From an uncultured Candidatus Binatia bacterium (lineage in GTDB: Bacteria > Desulfobacterota > Binatia > DP-6): a DNA stretch of 64,000 bases. Location: positions 104,744 to 168,743 of the forward strand of contig CAZUDO010000056.1 of NCBI GenBank assembly GCA_964618895.1, given 5' to 3'. Positions 41,639 to 52,200 of the stretch are shown in pieces. Each line of letters opens with the position of its first letter. The first letter of the stretch is position 1. The notes below the pieces were generated by a model that worked only from the letters and a program-made list of their open reading frames with translations, searched no databases and had not been told where the DNA came from. The position numbers were made by a program, and so were the translations under genes.

Positions 41639-42895
41639 GTGAGCATTGCCCCGCCTCGCCTCACATCGATGACCGCCTCGCCTCCGCACGCCACCGCCAG
41701 TCGCGCAGCCGTCGTCTTCATCTTCTTCACCGCGGTGCTCGACATGCTCGCGCTCGGGATGATCGTGCCCGTACTGCCGAAGCTCGTGGTCACCCTCGAG
41801 GGCGGGGATACGGCGCATGCGGCGCGTATCTTCGGGCTGTTCGGCACGGCCTGGGCCCTCATGCAGTTCTTCTTCTCGCCCGTGCTGGGCGCTCTCTCGG
41901 ACCGGTTCGGGCGGCGCCCGGTGATCCTGCTCTCGAACCTGGGCCTCGGCGTCGACTACGTCTTCATGGCCCTGGCGCCCACGCTGCGCTGGCTGTTCGT
42001 GGGGCGCGTAATCTCGGGCATCACCGCCGCCAGCACCGCGACCGCCGGGGCGTACATCGCCGACGTGACCCCGCCCGAACGCCGCGCGGCCGGCTTCGGC
42101 ATGCTGGGCGCCGCCTTCGGGATCGGCTTCGTGATCGGGCCGGCTGTGGGTGGCTTCCTCGGCACCATCGATCCGCGCCTGCCGTTCTGGGTCGCGGGCG
42201 GGCTGAGCCTGCTGAACGCGCTCTACGGCCTGATCGTGCTGCCCGAGTCGCTCCCGCCGGCGCGACGGGCGCCGTTCTCGTGGCGACGTGCGAACCCGAT
42301 CGGGGCGCTTGGCCTGCTGCGCTCGAACCGTAAGCTGCTCGGCCTCGCGATGGTCAACTTCCTGCGCAATCTGGCGCACGTCGTCCTGCCGAGCACGTCG
42401 GTGTTGTACGTGAGCCACCGGTACGGCTGGGACGGACGCATGGTGGGGCTCAACCTGGCGGCCATCGGCGTGTGCTCGCTGGTCGTCCAGGGCGGTTTCG
42501 TGCAGCCGGTGGTGACGCGCTTCGGCGAGCGCGGCACGTTGGTCGTCGGCATGCTCTGCGGCGTAGCAGGCTTCGCGGTCTCCGGCCTGGCCACCACCGG
42601 CGCGCTCTTCTGGGGCAGCGTGCCGCTGCTGGCGTTGTGGGGGCTATCGGGTCCGCCGCTCCAGGGCCTGATGACCCGTCGCGTCGGTCCCTCCGAGCAG
42701 GGCCAGCTCCAGGGCGCCAACAGCAGCCTGCAGGGCATCGCCCAGCTGATCGGCCCCGGCATCTTCACGGTGGCCTTCGCCAACGGTATCGACCCCCACC
42801 ACAGCTGGGACGTCCCCGGCGCAGCCTTCCTGCTCGGCGCCCTCCTGCTGGTGGTGGCGACAACGGCCGCGTGGCGCGTGACGCAAGCGCGCTAG
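41639..42895 (+). CDS. MFS transporter (DHA1 / TetA-like efflux family)
   Basis: 12 transmembrane segments; motif A-like [14 protein letters not shown]; the start may be the internal ATG at 41669 (MTASPP...). Confidence 0.85.
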   Translation: MSIAPPRLTSMTASPPHATASRAAVVFIFFTAVLDMLALGMIVPVLPKLVVTLEGGDTAHAARIFGLFGTAWALMQFFFSPVLGALSDRFGRRPVILLSNLGLGVDYVFMALAPTLRWLFVGRVISGITAASTATAGAYIADVTPPERRAAGFGMLGAAFGIGFVIGPAVGGFLGTIDPRLPFWVAGGLSLLNALYGLIVLPESLPPARRAPFSWRRANPIGALGLLRSNRKLLGLAMVNFLRNLAHVVLPSTSVLYVSHRYGWDGRMVGLNLAAIGVCSLVVQGGFVQPVVTRFGERGTLVVGMLCGVAGFAVSGLATTGALFWGSVPLLALWGLSGPPLQGLMTRRVGPSEQGQLQGANSSLQGIAQLIGPGIFTVAFANGIDPHHSWDVPGAAFLLGALLLVVATTAAWRVTQAR

Positions 42896-42979
42896 CGCCG
42901 CCACTACACCTACGCGGGCTCCACGGTCGTCCTCGAGAGGCGGTGGAGGTGCCTGCCCCCGCGTGCTACCGGCTGGTGC

Positions 42980-43774
42980 ATGGACCTGGCGGCCTTGTGC
43001 GAGCTCTCGGACCTCAACATGGCGGAGGCGTTCCGCGAGCTGACGCGACGCGCCGGCGGGACCGTCCTCGACGAGGACGGCCTGCTCATGTTTGCCGGCC
43101 CGCACCCGCTGCCGGTGCTCGTCAACGGCGTCTTCCGGACGAGCGCCCGGGTGGAGGCGGCCGAGGTGCTGGCACGCGCCGACCGGTTCTTCGGCGCGCG
43201 CGGGCGGGGCTATACGGTCATCGTGCGCGCGCATGCTGATACCGACCTGCAGGCGGCCGCGGAGGCGGCCGACCTGGCGTCGTTCGGGGCGACCCCGGCG
43301 ATGGTGCTCGACCATCGCCTGCCCCCGGCCGATCCGCCGGCCGGCGTCGAGCTCCGGCGCGTCACCACGCCCGCCGACGTGGACGGCTTTGCGCGCGTCA
43401 ACGCCGAGGCGTACGCGACCTACGGCATGCCGCCCGACTGCGCCCTGGCACAGCTCACCCACGCGCCGGTCCTGGCGGCGCCGCACATCGCCGCCTTTGT
43501 CGCCTGCGTCGACGGCGCCGCCGTGGCGGCGGCGATGACCATCGTCACGCACGGCGTCGCCGGCATCTACTGGGTGGGAACGGTGCCTGCGGCGCGGGGC
43601 CGGGGACTGGCCGAGGTGTGCACGCGCGCGGCCGGCAACGCCGGCTTCGATCTCGGGGCGCGCATGGCCGCTCTGCAGGCGTCGCCCATGGGCGAGCCCG
43701 TGTATCGCCGCATGGGGTATGTCGAGGTGACGCGCTATCCCCAGCTGGTGCGGTTCGCGCCGGCTGCTGCCTGA
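42980..43774 (+). CDS. GNAT-family N-acetyltransferase
   Basis: C-terminal acetyl-CoA-binding segment VGTVPAARGRGLAEVCTRAAGNAGFDLG...VYRRMGY typical of GNAT motifs A/B. Confidence 0.75.
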   Translation: MDLAALCELSDLNMAEAFRELTRRAGGTVLDEDGLLMFAGPHPLPVLVNGVFRTSARVEAAEVLARADRFFGARGRGYTVIVRAHADTDLQAAAEAADLASFGATPAMVLDHRLPPADPPAGVELRRVTTPADVDGFARVNAEAYATYGMPPDCALAQLTHAPVLAAPHIAAFVACVDGAAVAAAMTIVTHGVAGIYWVGTVPAARGRGLAEVCTRAAGNAGFDLGARMAALQASPMGEPVYRRMGYVEVTRYPQLVRFAPAAA

Positions 43775-43787
43775 CGCCAGCCTGGCG

Positions 43788-44078
43788 TCAGTTCCAGCTG
43801 CCGGCCGACGCGTAGGTGAGGACGGCACTACACTGCGGGCACTTGATACGCTCCGCCAGGCCGTCGAGGAGCTTGAGCAGCCCGTTGCAGTGGGTGCAGC
43901 GGCGGTCGCGCCGATCGACCCGCTTGTCGGACAGGTCGATGACCGAGATCTCCTTGCATGCCTCGCACAGGGCGAGGCCGCCCCAGTAGCTCGCGCGGCC
44001 GGCCTTGCCCCAGCCGACCTGCAGCTTACCGCTCACAAAGGCGCAAGTCGGACAGCGGTATTCGACGACGGATCCCAT
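43788..44078 (-). CDS. Small double zinc-ribbon protein (4x CxxC)
   Basis: 96 aa with CPTC, CEAC, CTHC and CPQC arranged as two ribbon pairs; no other domain. Confidence 0.55.
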   Translation of the reverse strand: MGSVVEYRCPTCAFVSGKLQVGWGKAGRASYWGGLALCEACKEISVIDLSDKRVDRRDRRCTHCNGLLKLLDGLAERIKCPQCSAVLTYASAGSWN

Positions 44079-44185
44079 GGTGTATGCGTGAACGCCAACT
44101 GAATCGCTCAGTGGCGCACCGCTGTCAACCCTTCACGGCGGCCTCTGGCGCGCCGCGGGGCGGGTCTGGTACATCGGGCAGGGCC

Positions 44186-44965
44186 ATGGATTCGGCGGCG
44201 ACGGTCGATCTCGGGTCGCAGCATCTGCACGGCACGCGGGCCGATGGTGTCCTGCGCGTCGTCATCGACCGGCCCGCGCGCAAGAACGCGCTCACGATCG
44301 AGATGTACCACGGCCTCAAGAAGGCCGCGGTGCTCGCCGGACGCGACGCGACGGTCGACGTGCTGGTGGTCACGGCGGTCGGCGATACGTTCTGTGTCGG
44401 CGGCGAGATGGGGGGCAAGCACGAAGGCGGTGCTCCGATCGACCGCGAGACCGACGGCATCGACCTGCTGCCGTTCGTCCAGTTCGAACGCTGCCCCAAG
44501 ATCGTCGTGCTCGGCATCAACGGCATGTGCCAGGGCGGGGGCCTCAACCTGACGCTCATGTCCGACATCGCGATCGCCTCCGAGCGTGCCGTGTTCCGCG
44601 CCCCCGAGCTGCTGCGCGGCGTGGCCGACTGCTTCCTCGGCGCGCGGCTGGCCAGCCGCGTGGGGATCGCGCGCGCCAAATATCTGCTGTTCACTGCCCA
44701 GCAGCTGACGGCGGCCGAGGCGCTCGCCATGGGTCTCGTGGCCCGCGTCGTTCCGCACGACGGCCTCGAGGCCGCCGTCACCGAGACCATCGGCTGGATC
44801 CGGCAGACCGGCCCCGCGGCCCGGACCGCGCTCAAGCGCGACCTCAATCGGCACCTGCCGCCCATCGACGTGCCCATGTTCGTCGACTCGCTGGCGTCGG
44901 ACGAGGTGCGCGAGGGGTTCGCGGCCTTCGTCGAGAAGCGCCCGCCGGGCTGGGTGCGCAAATGA
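44186..44965 (+). CDS. Enoyl-CoA hydratase/isomerase (crotonase) family protein
   Basis: VIDRPARKNALTIEMYHGL...VGDTFCVGGEMGG...LGINGMCQGGGLNLTLMSDIAIASERAVF, the canonical crotonase fold motifs; start at the internal ATG with a better context. Confidence 0.85.
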   Translation: MDSAATVDLGSQHLHGTRADGVLRVVIDRPARKNALTIEMYHGLKKAAVLAGRDATVDVLVVTAVGDTFCVGGEMGGKHEGGAPIDRETDGIDLLPFVQFERCPKIVVLGINGMCQGGGLNLTLMSDIAIASERAVFRAPELLRGVADCFLGARLASRVGIARAKYLLFTAQQLTAAEALAMGLVARVVPHDGLEAAVTETIGWIRQTGPAARTALKRDLNRHLPPIDVPMFVDSLASDEVREGFAAFVEKRPPGWVRK

Positions 44966-44992
44966 CGCATGGCCGCCGCCCGCGCCCCGCCT

Positions 44993-45020
44993 CTTGACGA
45001 AACGAACGTTCGTTCGTTAG
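44993..45020 (+). promoter_or_regulatory. Candidate -35 box plus 14-bp perfect palindromic operator upstream of the TetR gene at 45030
   Basis: cttgacga followed by AACGAACGTTCGTT (45001-45014, perfect palindrome) 10 bp before the GTG/ATG of the TetR gene; a typical TetR autoregulatory arrangement. Confidence 0.5.
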
Positions 45021-45029
45021 AGACGGAGT

Positions 45030-45752
45030 GTGCCGGTCGTCGCCGCCAGCCGACGGCCGCGCGAGGCGAGCGCCACGGCGCCACCCACGCGCGAGCTGAT
45101 CCTCGACACCGCCGAGCGGTTGTTCTCCGCCCGTGGCGTGGACGGGGTGGCGGTGCGCGACCTCGCCCGCGAGATGGGCATCACGGCGTCGAGCCTCTAC
45201 AACCATTTCCCCGGCAAGCAGGCGCTGTACGATGCCGTGCTCGAGCGCGGCCTCGGGCCGATCGTGAGCGTGGTGGCGGAAGCCTGGCACCCCGGGGTGG
45301 TGCGCCCGGAGCAGGTGCAGGCGACGCTCGACCGGCTGACCGAGCACCTGGCGCGTCATCCGCACCTGGCGCGCCTGCTGCAGCGGGCCCTGCTCGAAGA
45401 CGCGGGTGCCGTGCAGACGCTCCTCGACCGGTGGCTCAGCTCGCTCTATCGCGAGGGCATCGCCGTCGTGCGCCGGATGGCGCGCGACGCCGGCTGGGAG
45501 GAGGAGCAGGTGCCGCATCTGGGCATCGCCCTCTTCGGGATGATCTTCGCCTACTTCACCAACCCCGCCGCGCTCCGGCGGCTCACCGGCTGGCGCGACG
45601 AGCCCCTGTCGGCGCACGGCCTGCAGGTGCAGCAACGTTTCCTGGCCGAAGCAGTGCTGCGCCTGCTCGGTCCACGACCGCAGGGCGCGGCGGCCCGCGC
45701 CAAACCCCCCACGCCAACCGGCGCACGACGACGGAGGTCCCCCCATGGCTGA
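45030..45752 (+). CDS. TetR-family transcriptional regulator
   Basis: HTH RGVDGVAVRDLAREMGITASSLYNHFPGKQALY; paralogous to the TetR at 28280; 3' end overlaps the next gene. Confidence 0.85.
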   Translation: MPVVAASRRPREASATAPPTRELILDTAERLFSARGVDGVAVRDLAREMGITASSLYNHFPGKQALYDAVLERGLGPIVSVVAEAWHPGVVRPEQVQATLDRLTEHLARHPHLARLLQRALLEDAGAVQTLLDRWLSSLYREGIAVVRRMARDAGWEEEQVPHLGIALFGMIFAYFTNPAALRRLTGWRDEPLSAHGLQVQQRFLAEAVLRLLGPRPQGAAARAKPPTPTGARRRRSPHG

Positions 45753-46863
45753 ACACGGCACAATCACCGACGAGGGTATCGAGAAGCTGAAGACCCGCAT
45801 CGGGAAGGGCTTCGAGGGGCGCCGCCCGTGGCGCACGGAGGTGACGCGCGACGCCATCTATCACCTGGCGTTCGCGATCGGCGACCTGAACCCGCTCTTC
45901 CTCGACGAGGACTACGCCAAGCGGACGCGCTGGGGCACGCTCATCGCCCCGCACATCATGATCCAGAGCATGGACACCCTGCGCGCCGTTGGCCACAGCG
46001 GGTTGCCCGAAGGGCTGCCCGGCGTGCACTCCATCTGGACGGGCTCGCGCTACGAGTGGAAGCGCCCGCTCAAACTGGGCGACCGCATCTCGGCCAAGTC
46101 GTGCCTGAAGGCGATCGCCGAGAAGCAGAGCACCTTCGGCGGGGGCCGGTCGCTCTACCAGACCTACGAGGCGGTGTACCACGATCAGCACGGCGAGTAC
46201 GTCGGCGTGCGCAACGACACCTGGATCCGCATCGAACGGGCGGCCACGCGCGAGAAGAAGAAGTACGGCGACATCCAGCTGGCACAGTGGAAGCCCGAGG
46301 ACATCGCCCGCTTCCAGGAGGACTACCGCCGCCAGACGCGCGTCGCCGAGCGCTGGTGGGACGACGTGCAGGTGGGCGACACGATGGGCTCCCCCATCAT
46401 CAAGGGACCGCTCACGCCCACGGCCGAGATCGCCTTCGAGTCGTTCTTCGGCGTCTATCTGGTCGGCAACATCGTCGCCATGCGCTTGTACGAGAAGCAC
46501 CCCGCGCTCATGATCCCGAACGAGCAGGGCGTACCGGAGCCGCCGCAGCGGGTGCACTGGGACAACGCCTTCACGCAGCGCCTGCTCGGGCTCCCCGGCG
46601 CCTACGACCTCGGGCCGGAACGCTGTGCCTGGCTCATCCAGGGCGCGACCGACTGGATGGGCGACAACGGCCACCTGGCGACCATCGAGGCGCGCTACCA
46701 CAAGTTCAACTACATGGGCGACGTGACCTGGATCCGTGGCAAGGTCGCCGACAAGTTCGAGCGCGACGGCACGGCCATGGTGCGCTGCGCGATCGAGACC
46801 GTGAACCACCGCGACGAGGTATCGGCGTCGGCGACGGTCGAGATCGAGCTGCCGCGGCGCTAG
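45745..46863 (+). CDS. Double-hotdog MaoC-like acyl dehydratase (fused N- and C-terminal hotdog domains)
   Basis: A 372-aa protein with two hotdog halves (IYHLAFAIGDLNPLFLDEDYAK... and ...GNIVAMRLYEKHPALMIPNEQGVPE...); resembles fused HadAB/ChsH-type hydratases. Confidence 0.8.
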   Translation: MAEHGTITDEGIEKLKTRIGKGFEGRRPWRTEVTRDAIYHLAFAIGDLNPLFLDEDYAKRTRWGTLIAPHIMIQSMDTLRAVGHSGLPEGLPGVHSIWTGSRYEWKRPLKLGDRISAKSCLKAIAEKQSTFGGGRSLYQTYEAVYHDQHGEYVGVRNDTWIRIERAATREKKKYGDIQLAQWKPEDIARFQEDYRRQTRVAERWWDDVQVGDTMGSPIIKGPLTPTAEIAFESFFGVYLVGNIVAMRLYEKHPALMIPNEQGVPEPPQRVHWDNAFTQRLLGLPGAYDLGPERCAWLIQGATDWMGDNGHLATIEARYHKFNYMGDVTWIRGKVADKFERDGTAMVRCAIETVNHRDEVSASATVEIELPRR

Positions 46864-46922
46864 TCCCGCCGCGCGGGGCGGCCCTCAAGTCCGTCCCGGG
46901 CGGCGCCGATAGATCGTGACGG

Positions 46923-47687
46923 ATGGCCGTCACCCGCACGATCCTCACCATCACGGTGGTGTTGCTGGCCCTGGTGATCGCCGCCGGGGCGGTCGGGCTC
47001 GGCTTCCCGCCGGGGGCCGGCATCCTGCTGGTGACGATCGTCGCCGTGCCGGTGCTGGGGCAGTTCGCGCTTGCCGGTCTCACGCGGCCGGCCGAGCCGG
47101 CGCCCGCACTCGATGCGACGGTCGCGCGCCTGCGCCTCCTGCGCGTCAAGGCGGAGACGTACCTGGACGAGGGGATCGCGGAGGCGGAGCGCCTGGTGAA
47201 GCTCGAGGCCCGGGATGCGCAGGTGGCCGACGAACTGGCCCGCCTGTACGCGCGGGCGGGCCGGACGGAGGATGCCCGGCGCGCCGCCGGGGTGGCCATC
47301 GAGCGCGCGCTCACCGCTGGCCAGGCGGCGGTGGCGGCCGACATCGTGCGGCGCTTCGGCGACCGGCCGGACGCGCTGGCGCTGCGGCCGGCGCTCCTGG
47401 AGAAGCTCGGCTGGGCGCTGGTGCAGGGCGGCGACTTCGATGCCGCCACGTGGGCGTTCGATGCGCTGGCGCGGGTGGGGGAAGCGACGCCCGCCGATCC
47501 GGAGCGGGTCCACAAGGGCCTGGTCGGGGTGGCCGACGCGGCCGCGGCGGCGGGACACACGGGGCGGGCGCTGGCGATCTACCGCGCCTTCCTCGAGCGC
47601 CATCCGTCGGCGAGCCTCGCGAGCTACGTGCGCAACGCGGTCGCCCGGCTCGAGCGGGCGCCGCGGTCGGGCCGGAGAGCCGAGTGA
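46923..47687 (+). CDS. Membrane-anchored helical-repeat (TPR-like) hypothetical protein
   Basis: Two N-terminal transmembrane segments followed by an Ala/Arg-rich helical-repeat region; no catalytic motif. Confidence 0.45.
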   Translation: MAVTRTILTITVVLLALVIAAGAVGLGFPPGAGILLVTIVAVPVLGQFALAGLTRPAEPAPALDATVARLRLLRVKAETYLDEGIAEAERLVKLEARDAQVADELARLYARAGRTEDARRAAGVAIERALTAGQAAVAADIVRRFGDRPDALALRPALLEKLGWALVQGGDFDAATWAFDALARVGEATPADPERVHKGLVGVADAAAAAGHTGRALAIYRAFLERHPSASLASYVRNAVARLERAPRSGRRAE

Positions 47688-48154
47688 GCCGCCGTCCGTT
47701 CGTGTGGATGCTGATCGTCACCGGCGGCGCGCTGGTGGCGGCGGGGGCGATGCGGTCACGCTTCACGCCACGCCCGACGTCCGGCGATCCGGTGGCCACC
47801 ATCCGGCTGCTCAAGGTACGCCACGGGCACCTACCCTGGCACTACGTGCAGGTGGACGAGCTCGGACCGCGCTGCCAGGGCGGCGTGCCGCGCGCCTGTG
47901 TCGAGCTCGCGCGCGCCTTCGCCACCATGCAGCGCGACTACGAGGGCTTCGACCTGCCGTCGTGCGTCGACCACGCGCTCTACGAGCGGGCCTGCGACGG
48001 GGGAGACGACCAGGGCTGCGTCGAACTCGCCAATGACTTGTGGCATGGGCGCTGCGCCCCATCGGACCGGGCCGCGGCCCGCACGCTCCTGCGCGACCAG
48101 TGCCTGCGCCGCTCGCACGACGCGTGCGCGGCGATGGACAGCCTGCAGGGCTGA
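47684..48154 (+). CDS. Cys-rich membrane-anchored hypothetical protein (possible Sel1-like repeats)
   Basis: GTG start overlapping the previous stop; N-terminal transmembrane segment; repeated CVELA...C...C blocks (CQGGVPRACVELARAF..., CDGGDDQGCVELANDLW...). Confidence 0.4.
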   Translation: MSRRPFVWMLIVTGGALVAAGAMRSRFTPRPTSGDPVATIRLLKVRHGHLPWHYVQVDELGPRCQGGVPRACVELARAFATMQRDYEGFDLPSCVDHALYERACDGGDDQGCVELANDLWHGRCAPSDRAAARTLLRDQCLRRSHDACAAMDSLQG

Positions 48155-48203
48155 CCCACGCCCTCTTGGCGAGCGGCGGCCAACAGTGCCAAAGTCCGCC
48201 GCC

Positions 48204-49124
48204 ATGGATACGCTCCGTGAGATCGCCCGCACGGTCTCCAACTGGGGTCGCTGGGGGGCGGAGGACGAGCGCGGTACGGTGAACTTCATTACACCGGAGG
48301 TGGTACGCCGAGCGGCCGCGTGCGTGAAACGCGGGGCGGTGTTCAGCCTGGGCCTGTCCTTCGGCGCCGAGGGCCCACAGATCGGTCAGGGTGGGCGCAT
48401 CAATCCCGTCCACCTGATGACCGCGACCGAGGGACGCCTGGGCGCGGATCCCGACGGCCCGCGTTATTCCGACGACGTGATCGTCATGCCCCTCCAGTGC
48501 GCCACGCAGTGGGACAGTCTGGCGCACGTCCACTACGGCGGGCAGCTCTACAACGGCTTTCCGGCGGCGACGCTCACCCCCGCCGGGGCCGGCCGGAACG
48601 GCATCGACAAGCTCGGCCCGGGTGTCGTGTCGCGCGGCGTCCTGCTCGACGTGGCCCGTGCGCTCGGTGTCGAGCGGGTCGGCCCGGGGCAGGCGATCAC
48701 GCCCGCCGACCTCGAGGCCGCCGAACGCGCGCAGGGGGTGCGCGTCGGGACCGGTGACGTACTGCTCGTTCGCACCGGGCACCTGCGCGTCTTCTCGGTG
48801 GACGGCGACCGCGTCGGCTACATGCGCCAGATGCCCGGGCTCGGGATCGCGTGCGTCCCGTGGCTCCACGCGCGCGAGGTGGCGGCGGTCGCCAGCGACA
48901 CCAGCGCCGTCGAGGTGATCCCGTTCGAGGACCCGGCCGTGCTGCTGCCCGTGCATCAGCTTTGCATCCGCGACATGGGGCTCACCCTGGGCGAGATGTT
49001 CGACCTGGAGGCGCTGGCGGCGGATTGCGTCCGCGACGGGGTGTGGGAGTTCCTCTTCAGCGCGCCGCCGCTCAAGGTGACCGGCGCGGTGGGGTCGCCG
49101 CTGAACCCGCTGGCCGTGAAGTAG
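48204..49124 (+). CDS. Putative cyclase-family protein (kynurenine formamidase-like metal hydrolase)
   Basis: Conserved cyclase-family blocks (TVNFITPE...FSLGLSFGAEGPQ...HVHYGGQLYNG...GVLLDVARA...VRTGH); 306 aa. Confidence 0.8.
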   Translation: MDTLREIARTVSNWGRWGAEDERGTVNFITPEVVRRAAACVKRGAVFSLGLSFGAEGPQIGQGGRINPVHLMTATEGRLGADPDGPRYSDDVIVMPLQCATQWDSLAHVHYGGQLYNGFPAATLTPAGAGRNGIDKLGPGVVSRGVLLDVARALGVERVGPGQAITPADLEAAERAQGVRVGTGDVLLVRTGHLRVFSVDGDRVGYMRQMPGLGIACVPWLHAREVAAVASDTSAVEVIPFEDPAVLLPVHQLCIRDMGLTLGEMFDLEALAADCVRDGVWEFLFSAPPLKVTGAVGSPLNPLAVK

Positions 49125-49281
49125 GTTTGCCCGTCACCGCCCGGCTCGAGGGCCGGAAATCTGCGGGATGACGAAAGATTTCCATTGACTACGTGTGCGG
49201 CAGTCATGGTAACCATCCCGGGTGGCCCGGCGGGTTGTACCTGGCAGGTGCGACCTGCGGGCGATGGACAGGGAGATACCC

Positions 49282-52200
49282 ATGGGCGATCGGCGTCTTA
49301 CTGCCACGGGGCATCCTCGACGGGGGTGGGGAAGGTCCCTCGTGCATCTCGCGGTGCTCGTGGCCGTGGGGGTGTCTGTTCGGCCCGCGACCGGAACGCC
49401 CGCGCCGCAGATACTGAGCGACATCCACCCCACCGGCACCTCGACATCCACCCGGCTGGTCGGGGTCGGCAGCACGTACTTCTTCCAGGCCGACGACGGC
49501 GTCAACGCCCGCGAGCTCTGGAAAACGGATGGCACCGGCGCCGGCACGACCCTGGTCGCCGACATCTGGCCCGGGGGAGGGGCGCCGGGTTCGCAACCGG
49601 CGAACGTCGTCAACCTCGGCGGCACGGCGGTGTTCGCGGCCGACGATGGCACCAACGGCCGCGAGCTGTGGACCAGCAACGGGACCGCCGGCGGCACCGC
49701 CTTGCTGGTCGACATCCGCCCCGGCGCGAGCGGGTCGTCGCCCAACTTCCTGGTCACCATCGGCAGCCTGGTGTTCTTCTCGGCCGACGACGGTAGCAAC
49801 GGCCGCGAGCTGTGGACGAGCGACGGGACCGCCGGTGGCACTGCGTTGCTGGCCGACATCCGCCCGGGCGCGGCCGCGTCGTCGCCGTCGAACCTGGTTG
49901 CCGTCGGCACCCGACTCTTCTTCACCGCCGACGACGGCACCAACGGCGTCGAGCTGTGGACGAGCGACGGCACGGGGCTCGGCACGGTCCTGGTGAAGGA
50001 CATCGTCGCGGGCGCGAGCGGGTCGTCGCCGTCCAATCTGGTGGCGGTCGGCGGGCAGCTCTACTTCGCGGCCTCCGACTCTACCAACGGCAACGAGCTC
50101 TGGACCAGCGACGGCACGACGGTCGGCACCGTGCTGGTGAAGAACATTCGCGCCGGGTCCTCCAGCTCGGCGCCGTCGAGCCTGGTCGACTTCGGTGGCA
50201 CGCTCGTCTTCTCTGCCGACGACGGCGTGGTCGGGCGCGAATTGTGGAAGAGCAACGGGACGGCGGCTGGGACCGTGCTCGTGAAGGACATCTTCACCGG
50301 CGCGTCCGCGTCCTCGCCGGCGAACCCGACGGCGATCGGCACGACGCTGTTCTTCTCCGCCAGCACGGGCAGCGGCACCGAGCTGTGGACGAGCGACGGC
50401 ACGGCGGGCGGGACGGTGCTGGTGAAGGACATCGCCCCGGGCAGTCCCAGCTCGTCCCCGGCGCAGCTCGCCGCGGTCGGCTCCATCCTCTACTTCCGCG
50501 CCACCGACGGTACCAACGGCGCCGAGCTGTGGCAGAGCGACGGCACGGCCGCCGGAACGGTCATGGTCGCGAACATCGCCCCCGGGGCGGCCTCGTCGAC
50601 GCCCACCAACCTCTCCGTCGGGGCCGGCACGCTGTTCTTCGCTGCCGACGACGGCGTACGGGCCAACGAGCCGTGGGTGCTGCTCGCGTCGTGCGGTAAT
50701 GGTGCGCTCAACCCCGGCGAGGCCTGCGACGACGGCAACGCCGTCGACACGGACGCCTGCAGCAACGACTGTACGCTCACCGGCTGCGGCAACGGCGTGG
50801 TCGCGGGTGCGGAGGAGTGCGACGACGGCAACCAGGCGGCGGGCGATTGCTGCGCCCCGACGTGCACGTTCGAGAGCAGCGGCAGTGCCTGCGCCTCCGA
50901 CCTCGACGCCTGCACGGACGACGAGTGCGACGGCGCCGGCGCGTGCACGCATCCGCCGGCCGCGGCCGGTACGCCGTGCGGGGATCCGGGCGTCTCGCCG
51001 TGTGACGCGGCCGACAGCTGCGACGGCGCCGGGACGTGCGACCAGAACCTGGTGGCGGCGGGCACCCCGTGCCCCGACGACGGTCTGGCCTGCCGCCTGG
51101 ATCAGTGCGACGGCGCCGGCGCCTGCGACCATCCGCTGGCCGGTGCGGGGACCGGGTGCCGCCCGGTCGCGGGGGCGTGCGACGTTGCCGAGAGTTGCGA
51201 CGGTCTGGACGAGAACTGTCCGGCGGACGGTTTCGCGGCCGACACGGTGGTCTGCCGTCCCGCGGCCGGGCCGTGCGACGTGGACGAGCTGTGCACGGGG
51301 GCGAGCGCTGCGTGCCCCGCCGACGTGAAGAGCACCGCCCTCTGTCGCCCGAGTGCGGGCGACTGCGACGTCGACGAGTCCTGCGACGGCGTGAGCGACG
51401 CGTGTCCCGCGGACGGGTTCCAGTCGGGCACCGTCGTGTGCCGGCCGGCGGTCGGCCCGTGCGATGCCGCCGATACGTGTACCGGGACGAGCGCGTCGTG
51501 CCCCGCCGATGGCAAGAGCACGGCGGTCTGCCGTCCCGCCGCCGGCCCCTGCGATCTGATCGAGAGCTGCGACGGCGTGAGCGACGCCTGCCCGACCGAC
51601 GCGAAGAGCACCGGCATGTGCCGTCCCGTGGCGGGCGCGTGCGATGTGGCGGAGACCTGTGACGGCGGCAGCGACGACTGTCCGGTGGACACGTTCGAGG
51701 CCGCGGGTACGGAGTGTCGTCCAGCCCTCGGCATCTGCGATCTGCCCGAGTTCTGCTCCGGCACCGAGGCCCCGTGTCCCACCGACGTGACCGTGGCCGA
51801 TGGTACCCCGTGCGACGATGCCAGTGTCTGCACCCAGAGCGACGCCTGCCTGGCCGGCGCGTGCGTGGGCACGTCCCTCGATTGCGACGACGGGAACCCG
51901 TGCACGCAGGATACGTGCGACCAGGGGAACGGCTGCGAGAACGAGACCGCCCCCGCCACCGGCTGCCGGGGTGCGCTCACGTCGAAGCTGATTTTCAAAC
52001 GCAACCCGATCGACCACACCAAGGACCTGCTCAAATGGGTATGGGCCAAGGGCCAGGCCACGACCCTCGCGGAGCTGGGGACGCCGATCACCACCACCGA
52101 CTACGACCTGTGCGTCTACGACGGCACCAATCAGGTGCTCGCCCGCGTACACGTGCCGGGGGGGTCGAGCGCGTGGGCGGCGTTGGGGAACGCCGGCTTC

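Noticed and set aside
40844-42418. 524-aa minus-strand ORF
   Set aside because: It is chimeric: its C-terminal 130 aa is the real (frameshifted) ATPase-pseudogene segment, and the N-terminal 390 aa is antisense to the MFS transporter gene.
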